Positions 38,251 through 50,930 of a stretch of DNA of 64,000 nucleotides are shown in pieces (the first letter of the stretch is position 1; each line of letters opens with the position of its first letter). Position numbers and translations under genes: made by a program. The stretch covers positions 28,088,001 through 28,152,000 of the forward strand of contig NC_045697.1 in assembly GCF_009834535.1 (NCBI RefSeq), given 5' to 3'. This DNA comes from Camelus ferus. Taxonomy: Eukaryota. Under the pieces are notes generated by a model. It made no database searches. It had not been told where the DNA came from and was given only the letters and a program-made list of their open reading frames with translations.

Positions 38251-41200
38251 CCTTGAACTGAGATGTCTTCATTTTGAGTTACTTTCCACTAAGAAAATGA
38301 TCTTCTATCTAAGCACTTTCATACTGTCTTCTAAACAAGAAAGAATAAAGAAATGATTTCAGTAAGTAAAGGAGTCTTGTCTTCATCTAGATTTGAAGCT
38401 ATTTTCCTATACTTACCAATCTGTGTGAGTAAATGCAAACCCATGATACACTCACCAAAAATGAAAGGATGAATGTCAGTTATGTCCAGGTTGTAAGGAC
38501 ATCATTCATTGATTTACTTATTGAGTGACTGCTGACCCCCTTTTAAGTGCCGGGCACAGTCCTGGATTCTGGTGTTCAGAAAACAGTATGTCTAGAAGAT
38601 AGCAAACAGTACACAATGTCAGGATAAACTAGAGACACGTGTAAAATTTTGGTTCTACTTTGCTACATTGTATAAAAGCAGAAGAATGGGACTCATCATT
38701 CTACCTATAAACACTGTGATTATTGTTACAGAATCCACATTTTCAGTTCCCATTTCAAAAAACAAAAATCTTTCATTGTGGTAATCCCAGTGAAATAAAC
38801 TGCATTGTCTTAGAATACAAATGAAGGGTAGGCAAAATTCATGGTGAATAAAGAATATGTGCCAACAAATATTTTTATTCTCTTGTTCTTGTATTCTGGT
38901 TTAAAAAAAAAAATGGTACCAGATATTAGCAAACATTTTCTCCTTGCTCACTCCCTCTTGTACCCCTACCACCCATCCCATTCCATTTACCCTATTTCTT
39001 GTTCTTACCCACCCAGCCCTGGGCTTTATGGAATGATGGGTGAGCCAGCACTAAGAAGCAGGGAACAAAGGTGAGTATGAATTAACTGTCTTTTCTTCTG
39101 ATCGGCTGCAACAGTTTGATGAACAAATGGAATCATGGGATAAGAGACCTTATGACCTGAGTGTAAGAACAGTCAAAACGGGAGTAGGACGTCAAACACA
39201 AGACTTATTTTATGAACAGCATCAAGGAACATTCAAAAGAAGAGGGGAATTGATGAGAGTTATGGCCCACACCAATTACTGCACTGAGACACACTGAATT
39301 ACAGGTCAGGCAGTGTCTTCAGTAGAGATGCTGGTAGGGACGGGTGGGATATCCTGTTCCTTAATTCTTCCCTGATCTTACAGGTGTCACTAAATGGTCA
39401 ATGGACACTCTACTCCCCATTTTGACCCCGTTTTGATTCCCTCAGACATTCTCTTACTTATGAATACAAACACTCCAATCATAACTTTACCGATGGAGAT
39501 GAAATTGTTTAAGAAAGTATTTACTTGATATAACACCATTAAGTCAGTTTAGTTCCTGGTTGAATTTTCCTATAAAGGCAGTTAAACCACTTCTATACTT
39601 TTCCTCTTTAATTTTGATTTTACTGAAACTAGTTTTGTTAGAATCTGTTCTTTTCTATGAATGACAGTGCTTTGATTCATTTATTAATTCTTTTGTCCAT
39701 ATTGCATTTTATGGATTTGTGAGGGTTTTGTGTGTGTTTGATTATACTTGTAGATCTTCTGTCTTCCTCCCCACCTCCATCCCTCCTTCCCTCATATGAG
39801 CTCAGGCTGGTATTCCTATTCTTGAGCACCTGGAAGACAAACTTCCCTGGCAGTTCCATGGGTTCTTTGTCATTGTTGGGCTGTTTCATGTTCTCTGCAG
39901 CTGACTTCTCTGGTGCTGTACAGATGGTGGACATCAAGAGACCAGTCCAGGGTCCCTAAGTCCCAGGACACTGCCTGACTGCTCTGAGGACACAGGGATC
40001 ATTATCTCATATCTAGTGGTGACCACTAGCTGGACACCAATGTGTCTCTCTGATTTAGTAAATCATAAGAAAATCATGATATGCTCTCAGATATTTCATG
40101 AACCTTTTATTCCCCTCAATTGTTCTATTTTATTTTAATCTAATTGTTACAAATACTTTTGATCATTCTACCTACAATGACTAACTGCTGAAAGTGTTAG
40201 AAGAGCAATAGCCAGTAACAAGTTCCAAATATCCCCTGGGCCAAATCCTCCAAGATTCAGTAACAAGGGTAAAAAGAGTTGAAGCATCTTGCTTTTTCTG
40301 ACTGTCATAATTTATCCACTAAAATATTGCATTATTGAAAATTGCCACATAGAGTATGTCATTAAATATTTGCATTTCAAAGACCAGCAATCACTAAAAT
40401 TTAAGAATTAAGCTGCAGTTTCTTGTAGGTAGTGCCTTAGAAATAAATAAATATGGGTTGTGCTAACTCTTGATTTTATTTAACTTTTCATATTATTTTG
40501 AAGATAGAACTGAAGCAACAGAAATGTTGGAAACAAACAAATCTGGAGCAGACAAGCATATAGTGGTATATAAGAAGCTTTAACAATGTTATTTGTGGCT
40601 TGGATTTGTACACTATGAAGGACAGAGATGTGGCAAGCTCTAAATTTTTAAGTGTGACTCTGAATCATGGTTAAAATTTAATGTGGATATTTACCCTAAG
40701 GAACTGTGAAGCCCTGAGTTACTCCCAGAGCTCAAGGAATGGGTAATGGTTCTCCTCTCTGCCTGATATTCTTCTTTAGATAATATTTTTTAGATTCCTC
40801 CCTTGCATCTGTGCTCAGTTTTCTTTTGTATTTCTGGACCACACCTCTCTGTCAGCCAAATGTGAAAACTCTGCAGAGTAAGTTATTTCTAAGGACTTTA
40901 TTTGATTTTTAATAGCCCACAGATCAAAATTTATTTAACTGTACTCCAATTGTGTCTTTAAAATTTTTTTGATATAGCATTACAGTGTGAATAGTCACAT
41001 GTATAAATGTGTGCAAGTCTGATTATAGGGTAGGATTATGAAGACCAATAGCATAAAGATTTTTGAAGTTCTTAATTCAACAGCTGTCTCCCAGAAAAGC
41101 TGTGTCAACGTACACTCTACCAATGGTAAATGAGCATGTCCATGTAGCACCAAACTTTGACACTGGCCTTTTGTTCTTTTAACCTTTGTCAGTTTGAAAG

Positions 41201-42056
41201 GAAAAAAAAAAAACTCAATATGCATTTCTTTGATTGCCAGTAAATCAGAACATTTTTGATATTTGCTGGCAATTTGAATTTCTTCTCTTGTGAATTGCCT
41301 CTTCGTGTCTTTCACTGGAGCACTCATATCCTTGTTACTGCTTTACAGGCCTCTTTTCTCTAGTGGGAACATGGATCCTTTGCCATGTATATTGCAAACA
41401 CTTTTCCCAGACTGTTCGTTTCCCTTCTGTGGATGATTTTTTCTCCCTCAACTAGTTTGTGACAATTTCCAAAGCATCTTCACAAACATCAGACTATTAA
41501 AGGAGCATGACTACAATCCTTCAATTACTCATCCACTGTGGGCTTCTCCCTCCTACCTCAATGAAGGAATAAGACATTAATATATGTAAAACAGAAGAGA
41601 TAGTTGATACCACACTAGTGTTTAACTTTCCTAAGTCTTATAGTTCATTTTTGATACTCAGGTTCTCAAAATGCTTTAATGTATCTACACTTATGATCAA
41701 CTGATAATCTTAATTAAATAACTGTACATTGTGTGCTAGATACTTTTTTTAATGAGAAAACCCCTTATTTCAAGGAGCTGCTCTACCAGGAAAGTAAGTG
41801 CAACATACTTTTTAAAAATAATAATAAGTAACCTTAAAAATGATGGTTTGGGTTTAATGTCTATGTGGTTATCTCTTATGTGAAATATACACTTGTTGTA
41901 ATACTTTATATGAGCAATATTTTTTCTATTTTTTCCCTTGCTGAAACTACCCCCAACCCCCTCACTATGTTCTGTGGAAAAATCTTTCAAGGTGAACAAA
42001 AACAGTAGCAATGATCAATGACATTTATTGAACGTTTACTATCTGCTACTGTACAT

Positions 42057-42407
42057 TGTTGACCTAAAACAATTAGATTGCCAATTATTTCTCCAGGAAA
42101 AAAAAAAAAAGAATGTATTCAGGATCAGCAAAGAATTGCAATTCAGAGTCTGCCACCATGGCGAGCCACATGCAGGTCTCTTGTATAGAGGCAAGAAGGA
42201 AAGGTGAAACGGCTGTAGTAAACAAAGAGTCCATGGCTTTTCATTGGCTGGGTTGTGGCAGCCTCTCATTGGCTGAGCGCCTGCCCAGCCCAGAACAGGG
42301 TCTTTCTTCTCCCTGTTGGGCTTTGCTCTTGTTGTAGGGTGTGAGAACTCCCCCTTCCAGCCTCCCAACTCTATTTGATTGAGGTTTCTGTTTATTCATT
42401 TTTTACA
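42057..42407 (-). mobile_element. Solo ERV-type LTR inserted in a MIR-like element
   Basis: TG...CA bounded, with two CCAAT boxes on the minus strand and MIR-like flanks. TSD unclear. Confidence 0.55.
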
Positions 42408-42735
42408 AAGTTATTGAACGTTTTATGTGGATTATTTTATTCAATCCCCCAGCAACTTTCTGAGGGAGTTTCTATTGTTATTCCATTTTTATAGGCAAAG
42501 AGTATGAGCTATAGAGAAGCCAAGTAATGTGCTTAAATTCACATCGTGAGTAAACAGTAAAGCTAAGCTTCAAACCCACAGTCTGACTGCAGACTTAATG
42601 CTCTCAACCATTGTGCTATACCCCTAGTTTCAGACTGCATGAGAACACTTGTCTGTCAGGAAGGGTCACTTATAAAATAATAATAGTAGCAAACACAAAC
42701 ATAGCCCTTTCTGTGTGCCAGACACTTCTCTAGTC

Positions 42736-42948
42736 CAGGGTTTCTCATGGGTGGCACTACCGACAATTTGGGCTGGATAATTCTTTGTCAGGGAGTGGAG
42801 GGGCTGTCCTGTGTGCTGTAGGACGTTTAACAGCAGATGCCTGTAGCAACCCTCCCCACCCCGTTTTGATAACAACAACAAAAAATGTCTCCAGACAATC
42901 CCAGATGTCTCTGGGGTGGGCAAAACAGCTCCCGGGTGAGAACTACTG
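42736..42948 (-). mobile_element. MER20 (hAT-Charlie) inserted in a MIR
   Basis: TIRs cagggtttctca...tgagaactactg. Internal gggctggataattctttgt and aaaaatgtctccagaca are typical of MER20. Confidence 0.82.
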
Positions 42949-45013
42949 TGCTAAACACTTCACTTACATTAAGTCATTTAATCCTCACAACAACCCTATG
43001 AAATAGTTACTATTATTTCCATTTTACTGACTTCAGACCAGTTCTATTCTAGGTAATCTAACATCCAGCAAGTGAATGTGAAACACAATTCATAATCTGG
43101 ATCAGCCTAATTAAGTCTGATTGTATTACCTGTGGATAAGCCATCTACTTTGGCAACACACCAATGCTTGGATTAACACATTTTGTTGGGGGAAATAAGC
43201 TTCTATTAATGAGGTCTGCCTAAGTATAAAGGGGGTCTGGGGAAGCTCCAAAGTCCTCATTCATTTTGCAGTTCATTCAATATACTTACTGAACACCTGC
43301 ACGGAGTCAGGCAGTATCCCGAACCCTGGAGGTGAAGTGGTACATGAAACAAAGTCCTTGCACTCATTCTTGTGGGATGCACATTCCAGAGACAGCAGTC
43401 AAGAAAATAATGACAATAGTTTATTTTCAGATAATGTTAAGTGTTCTGGAAAAAAAACCAAGGCAGAGTATGATATGCTAACAGAGAGTCGAGCAAGACA
43501 CATGTTGGTTTAAGTAAGGGTGTTAAAGAAGGCTTTATATGATTTCTTTTATACGGCACTAAGGAAAAGCAAAAGTGCAGGGACAGAAAACAGGCCAGTG
43601 GTTGCCAGAGGCTGGAGATGGAGGGAGGGGTTGACGACAAAGGCACACGAGGGAGTTTTTAGGGTGATGGAAATGTTCTAAGTCTTAGTTATCTCTTGAT
43701 GGTGGTGATTACACAACTGTATGCAAAAACTCTAGAACTGTATACCTAAAAGGGTAGGTTTTACTTTATGTAAGTTGTAACTCAATACACATAATTCTCT
43801 CTCTCTCTCTCTCACCCATCTTTCTCCACACAGGCTTTTTACTGTTTTACGAATGGAGGCTGTTGAGAAAGGGGCGTGGGTGTTGTGTCTGAGGCTGGAC
43901 TGTGTGCTAGAACTCGCATTGCAGAGCAATTCAGAGAGAGCCTCAGGTCAGGCCGGCAGGAGACCACAGCCTTGCCCCTGCTTACCCTGCGACCTTCAGG
44001 GGCTGTGGTGACGTTGTTGCAAAAAACCTCAGAGCACGTGGGCACATGGGAGGTCACCCTCAGCAGCCAGTTCAGCTGGGCCAACCTGGGGAGTACAGCC
44101 GGCCCCAGAACCAGAAAATGTGCTCAGCACCGCTCAGACCACAGGCTGCGGTTCACTGAGCAGCCTGCTCTCTGTTCACCTCCTTTCTCGGGGAAGATCT
44201 GGTTTAATCTGCCACCACCGTGTTTAGAACGCTCGAGACTGGGCAGAGTTCACCTGAGGTCTCACCCACAGGCCTCCTCAGAAGTGTCACGCCCTCACGT
44301 GCCCAGCCCATATATGGCTGCTTGGCCCCCACTGTCCCCACACCACCACCTGTGGCAGGAAAAGCAGGGTTTGTTTCCACTAACAAAACCTGCTGCGCTG
44401 AGATAGCAGCCTGTGCAGGAAGGAACCTGCTGCGGTCACTTTCCTTAAAAGGAATATGAGGCAGGCTGGTCCGCCCCAACGGCACACTCAGAGAGGGGAA
44501 GCAAGAGGGAAAGTCTTCCTGGAATGGATTCCTAGGACCATTGCTGTAGCTCAGCCACTGGGAACAAAGTTTCTGGAAATTAATTTGACCTTGAAATGTA
44601 TTATTGTGTTAGTTACATGTATAAAGAGATAGAAAAGCACAATCGAAACATTCTTCATGACGCTAGAATAGATCACCTTTGACCCTTTAGGAAACAGAGT
44701 GAAATCAATAGTAGTTGAGTGTCTGATAGTTTTAGGTCCAATAGGTCTAGTCTCAGGTAAAAAGAACCGGCTGCAACAAGAAGGCTCTTCTAAATTTCAG
44801 TAATACTATTTCTTGATTTTCTTGGTAATGGAGGGGAGGAGGATGAAGTGTACTCACAATTTGACATTGAAATGCCCTATTGTTGCAGCCAATTCTTTTT
44901 ATCTGAAGACTGGACCTACTGCATCCAATACTTTCAGACACTGAGCAATTGATTTTATTCTATTTCCTGAAGAGTCAAAGGTGCTTATACTCTAGCATCC
45001 TAAGGAATGGTTT

Positions 45014-45051
45014 TGTGTGTGCATGTGTGTATGTGTGTGTGTGTGTGTGTG
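45014..45051. repeat. Imperfect (TG)n microsatellite
   Basis: Directly visible. Confidence 0.9.
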
Positions 45052-47496
45052 TTTTATTTTTTAGGTTTTAAATTGAATGAACAATGTTTTGGTTGTGCTT
45101 TTCTGTCCCTTGATATATGGAATCTATAAGTAGCACTATTTCTTTATTTTCTTGGGGATGGAGGGGAGGCGAGTGAAATGTTTGTTTTCTTCCGTCTTCA
45201 TGCTGCTGAGACCATTGGCGCTAATGTGTACGGTGCGTGCCACCTTCGATTCACCCACTGTTTTTGAATCTCAGGTCAGCTGCTTGTTTCTCAGCCAGAA
45301 TCTTTCCTCAAGAATTCTGTGCTAAGTATAGTCACTGAATATAGAATGCAAGTGTGAACACAGAGGGATGCGTGCTTTTAAAAAAGATAAGCAAAATGGA
45401 GGAGGAAGATGAAGCATGATGACTGATAAGAACTTTCGAGTTTGCATGTCTGTCTGAATCATCTTTGTTATTCTCTCCCCCGTAACAAGCAGCACAGGGT
45501 CTTCCATGTGAAGGCCTCTTCATCATATCTGGTAAGTATTGCTGAATGAATATTCTATAGCACAGTGACAAACCTGAATTCTTAACCCTACATAGTGGTG
45601 ATAAACTTGTTCTCTGAGACCATTGAGATGGAAGCCAAAGAAGTGGTTCCTGCCTGTTAGGCAGTGAATCCAGAAGCAACATATTAAATATGAAAATACA
45701 TCCTAGAATATTGTTTAACTAACTCATAAGAAATCAACATTAGTAATTATGCAACTGTCATTTTAAAAGGCAAAACAAGCATATTGAGGTGCTGGAAGAG
45801 TCTCTTTAATGCATGAAAATAAATGCAAGTACTTTGTGTTTATTGCCTTGCCTTACGTGTTTATAGAATCCTAAATTAAAGGCCTTCTAAAGTTTTGTAG
45901 TCTAACACTATGAATTAGAGGAAAGGTTCCATCCATGCATGTTATAATGCTAAGGAAAGGAAATGCTCACAATCTAGTAAGTTGCCATTTCTTAAGGCTT
46001 TAGAGGCAAAGGGTTTTTTTTTTTTTTTTTTTCATTCATTCATTCAACAAATTTTTATGAGTACCTGCCATCATAGAGCCCTCAGTCAGTCAGGGAGACA
46101 GACAGTAAATCAGTGTTCATATCCCATCAAGTACCTGCTTCTTAGAGGAGCCTGCAGGGTATTATGGGAGCACAGAGGAGAACATGCTCAGCCTGGAAGA
46201 TTCAGGAAAAAGACTGCCAGAGGAGGTGACCCTTGAGTTGAATCTTAAGGACTCGTGCAAGCAGAGATTAGAAAGGCAGGGCATTCCAGATGAAGGAAAT
46301 GTATTTAAAAATATAATTATAGAAGAAATGATACATCTGGACACTGCAAATCATTCAGAATGGTCACAGACGTGGTGAGGTAGAGAGGGGTGAGATTATA
46401 AAGGATCTTACCACCACACTAAGATGTTGGAACTTGACCTTGAAGGCAACAGAGTCACTAAAACTTCTTAAGCAGGATCCTGGGGGATGAACAGAATTAG
46501 GTTCCTGTTTTAGAAAGGTTACAGAGACTGGCAGGAAGTGTTTAAATTTGTTTTACAAATACCATTTTTTCCCCATCAGAGTGTGGCCTGATTATAGGAG
46601 GCCTACTTATGAATGAGTGGATGGAAATATATAAGACAACACACATTCCTTCCCCCACATCCCGCACACTGTGTAAGGCAGGGGCAGGTTGTGGGGAGGG
46701 GGGTCCCTGGTTTTTTCGTTTTTTTGGTTTGTTTTTTTTTTGGTTTTTTTTTTTTTTCGGTTTGGTTTTTGGGTTTATAATGAGAAATACTATTAAAAGT
46801 AATCCTAAAGCCTCTAAAAAAGATACCATTCCTGGGATCTAGATTTTGAACACAGATACTGTATATAATGATATTGAAGCCTTTAATTCTCCCCACCCAC
46901 ACAATTGGTAGTCAGAGCAGAAAATGAAAAGTCAAACCATTTCTCTACTAAGGGCATACTAGGATTAAGCTTCATTTGCTACCTATCAGTACTACTCTTT
47001 AACCAGATTAAAACATTCATTGTTAACCTTACTATCGTGATTATTATCAACTGAAGTCATTTGAACACTCACAAAGGACACTGTATTAGCACCATCTATC
47101 AAGTTATCAGTAGAGCAATCACATTTTATGTTCCATTATTCCATTTCTGATTACCGCTACATCGTTTCATCTCAGGGTAAAATATTAAAACTTTGACAAC
47201 ATTTTCTTATCTATCATTACTCTCTGATTCTGTGGATCCATTTATTGGCCAAGTTGTTAGATGTCACCATAAATTCTTAACTATGAATGCTTCTTCAATT
47301 TCTGTTTCTTAGTATATTGCCAGAATAAGAGATTAAAAGCTGCCATTTTCAAATTCTAATTTTAAACTGGGTAAAACCAGGCTGTATTTTAGACCTTATT
47401 AATACATGTAAGTCATATGATTCAGTTATAAAATAAACTTCATGAAAGCCCTTTGGCCATTACAAAGGAATACAAGCTATCTTTCCTAGGTGAAGT

Positions 47497-48152
47497 TGAT
47501 ACACAAAAAAATGAATGTGGGTCGAGAGGAGGGCCGTGTTCCAGGTCTTGGCTGAGTCCCTGGGATGTGCCCTGCCAAGTGTGGGTCCTTGGCTTTGCGC
47601 AGGAAAGAATTCAAGAGTGAGCCACAGTTGAGTAAAGGTAGATTTATTTAGAGAGATAGACATTCCATAGACAGAGAGCAGGCTGTTTCAGAAGGCAAGA
47701 GAAGGGTCACAAGGTATGGGCACTGGGTGCTCAGTTTAAAGTAAAAGTAGCTATAACTCCATAGACAGAGTGCAGGCCATCTTACTCAGAAGGGAGAGCG
47801 GCCACGAGCTGTGGGGGTTGTTAGTTTTTATGGCTCAGTAGCTTCACATGCTAACAAGTGGGAGGATTATTCCAACTCTTTGGGGAAGGGGCTGGGATTC
47901 CCAGGAATTGGGCTACTGCCCAGTTTTTGACCTTTTATGGTTAGCCTTGGAACTGTCATGACACCTGTAGGAGTGTCACTTATGATACTAATATATTACA
48001 ATGAGCATATAGTGAAGCTCAAGGTCTACAAGAATTCAAATCTCCCACCATCTTGAGCCTCAAGGCCTACTGGGAGTTGAATCTTCCACCATTTTGGTGT
48101 TAACTTCTGTGTCATTCCTTGAATGGCCGTACTCTGCCCCCTTCCTGTCTCA
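47497..48152 (-). mobile_element. Solo ERV1-type LTR (656 bp) with 4-bp TSD
   Basis: TG...CA termini and AAGT duplication at 47493-47496 and 48153-48156. Minus-strand AATAAA near 47645; internal short duplications. Confidence 0.85.
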
Positions 48153-50049
48153 AAGTCATTCATTCATTCAAAAAATATTTGCTGAGTATCTACTATCTGA
48201 CAGACACAGTACGTAACAGACACTGGAAATACAGCAGTGAACTAAATGGACAAGGTTCTGCTCTCAAGGAGCTGACATTCTAGTGGGAGTAGAGAAACAG
48301 ATATATTGTCAAGTGGTGGTAAGTACTGAGAAATGAGCAGATGGTGTGGGAGTGGGAGTGGCAGTTTGCAGGTTTCCATAGCATAGTTGGGAAAGGCAAC
48401 AGGAAGGAAAAGGGAGACGGTGAACGGCTAAGAGCCTTCATAAGACAGAGACATGCAGAAGCTTCACTGGCAAGTGCTTGGTGTGTTGGCAGAAGAGGAA
48501 GGAGTCTGCTGTGGGGCACGGCAAGCGTGGTCTGAACTGAGGCCAGCATCAGGATGTCAGATCATGAAGGATGTTTGATTTGATTTGCCTTCACCAGGGT
48601 GGTGGAGCAAATGAACTGAAAATACAGAGTAGTAAATCAAACAAAATAGATTTCAGGACTGAACAAATAATATAATTAGCATGAAAAAAAGAGAAGAGGG
48701 TATATGGGAATTCCTAGTTCTTAAATTAGGATTCATTGTTTGTTTTTACTGCAAATGTAATCTGATTTGATTGTAATGCTTTTCTAGCCTTTCTCACTGT
48801 AAATGCAAAAGAAAAAAACTGAATTAAGTTTCCAAAACGGAACAATAAATATGAGAGGAAAAACAGGAGTATGAGAAGAATGTCATTTGCTGTTAATGTA
48901 CACAAATGTTAACATTGAGAAATCAAATGAGGGCTAAAAAATAGTATCAAATTCCAAAAATTCAGGCTATGGGTATACACAGCTGTCTTTTGTACTTGAA
49001 GACAATGTTACTGAAGTAATTTTTATCTGTGCGTGTAGGTGTGATTTCCAAGAGGGAACGGGGAGTCTCTTCCAGGTGGCTCTGATCAAAAAATGTTTCC
49101 TGTGCTTTGTGGTTGGAGCCCTCAGTGGTAGATTTTGTGAAGTATCTCTTCCTGATTGTAACAGTTTTAAATCAGCCCTTTCAACTAGCAGTCCATGTCA
49201 GTGCTTCATTGTTTTATATTATGTTGCTTTTTCTAACCACTTCCCCAAGTGGGAATGTTGAAAATAGATCCCTAAATAGATCTCCCAGCCACCTGAGTTT
49301 GTTGCCACAATTTGGCTACGTTATTCCACTAGTAACTTAACTCATCAGTCTTCTGAACCATTTGCTTGCAGTTTTCATTATGGACACATATTGAAGATCT
49401 CCTGATCAAATGTCATTTTGGGAGGACTAACCACATTCAACCCTCCCATACTGGATAGAGATGGCTCAGAGTAGTAAACATTTAATCTGCAAATAATGAA
49501 CATATGCATTACTCTGCGAACAAAAGCAGTTGGACATTGCCTTTACACATCACTTGAGACAAACTAAGGAAACACCTTCCCTTTATCCACCATGAGCTCA
49601 ATGGGGGCAGGGACCTTAGCTGTTTGGCTTAAGATTGAGTCATCATACGTAAAGCGTTTTAGATTTGTGTTTGGCATCTAGGCGCTGAATAAACTAGTTA
49701 CTTTCAATAAAATATACACTGGCTAGAGAAGACTAAGGAACCAACTTTTGTGGAATTCCTATCATCCCACCATTGGAAAACAATGCTTATGGCCACAAAG
49801 TTGAAGATCATAATTGCTATGGCACAATATCCACAAATCCACTACCTGGAGCACAGTAATTATCAGATAGTTGCTAGGGGAAGGGTTGCAGAGGCTGGAA
49901 AAGAGAGGCAACTCTTGCTGAGTTCCCTCAAAGCTCTAGGACAAAACAGCCCTATTCTGCAAGGAATCAAAAAAACACAGGCCGTTCTCTGATCGTCTTC
50001 CAGCCCTGCAGAGGGACCTCTTCCTAAACTTCCACCCCCAGGGGCCGGG

Positions 50050-50930
50050 AACAACTGGAATCTTTGTCAGGTCCTCCGCGCCCCTTCCCCTCCCCCCAGG
50101 GCCCGGCCCAGCCTGACGTCCCCCTCCCCCACGAGCTCCCCTCCCCGCAGCCCGCGCCTTCCCCTCCCCTCTCCTCCCGCCCCTCCCCCGTCTCCTTTCC
50201 CTCCCCGGCCCAGGCCATCGGCGCCCCCCTCTGGAGGGGAGAGAAACCCCCAAGCGGGCAACAGAGGCCATCTCCCGGGGCAGGCGGGCGGGCGAGGAGG
50301 GGGCGGGGCCTGGCGGGAAGGGCGGGGCGGGCAGCCGCTAGCGCCGCGCCGGGACTGACGGGCCAGCCAGTGCCCGACCCCCACCCGGCCGCCCGCCCCC
50401 TTCGGGGCTGCGCGACGAGTTTCTTCCCCCAGGCCTGGTGCAGCCTGACGGAGGGGGAGTGGCCCGCTCCGGGCCAGCCGGCGCCGGGGGTGAGGCTGCC
50501 CGGAAGGGGCTGGGGGCACCCGAAGGGCCAAGCATCCCTCTCCTCGGCCCGCCGGCCCCCACCCCCCGCCTTCCCTCCGCCTCCCGCCTGGCCGCCCCGC
50601 CCCGCCGTGACCCCCGGCCGCCTACGGAGCCCGACGCGGTAAGTGCGACTTCCTCCTCGGCGTCGGGGAGGGGGCCGCGGCGGGTAGCCGCGCGTCGCGG
50701 TCCGCTCCCCGCCCCCACGCGACCCTCCCGCCGGACCGCTGTCGCCCGAGTCCCTCTGGGGGCCCGGAGGGGTGGGCCAGGCGGGGACCTCCCCGAACCG
50801 CGCCTGGGGCTCGAACCCCGGTCCGGCCTCCCGCCACGCAGCCGAGAGCCCGGAGCGGAGTCTGGGCCGCCCTTGAGTTGTGCAAAGTTCTGGACGCGGC
50901 GTTTGTGGCCGGCCGGCCGAGATCGTGGGC
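50050..50930 (+). promoter_or_regulatory. KLHL5: CpG-island promoter, probably of KLHL5
   Basis: Very GC- and CpG-rich, with multiple GGGCGG boxes and a CRE-like TGACGTC at 50114-50120. The gene name comes from the known head-to-head TMEM156/KLHL5 arrangement, not from coding sequence. Confidence 0.75.
50330..50638 (+). other. KLHL5: Putative non-coding first exon of KLHL5 (5' end approximate)
   Basis: Strong donor GCG|GTAAGT at 50638/50639 inside the CpG island. I see no ATG in 50330-50638. Confidence 0.6.
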
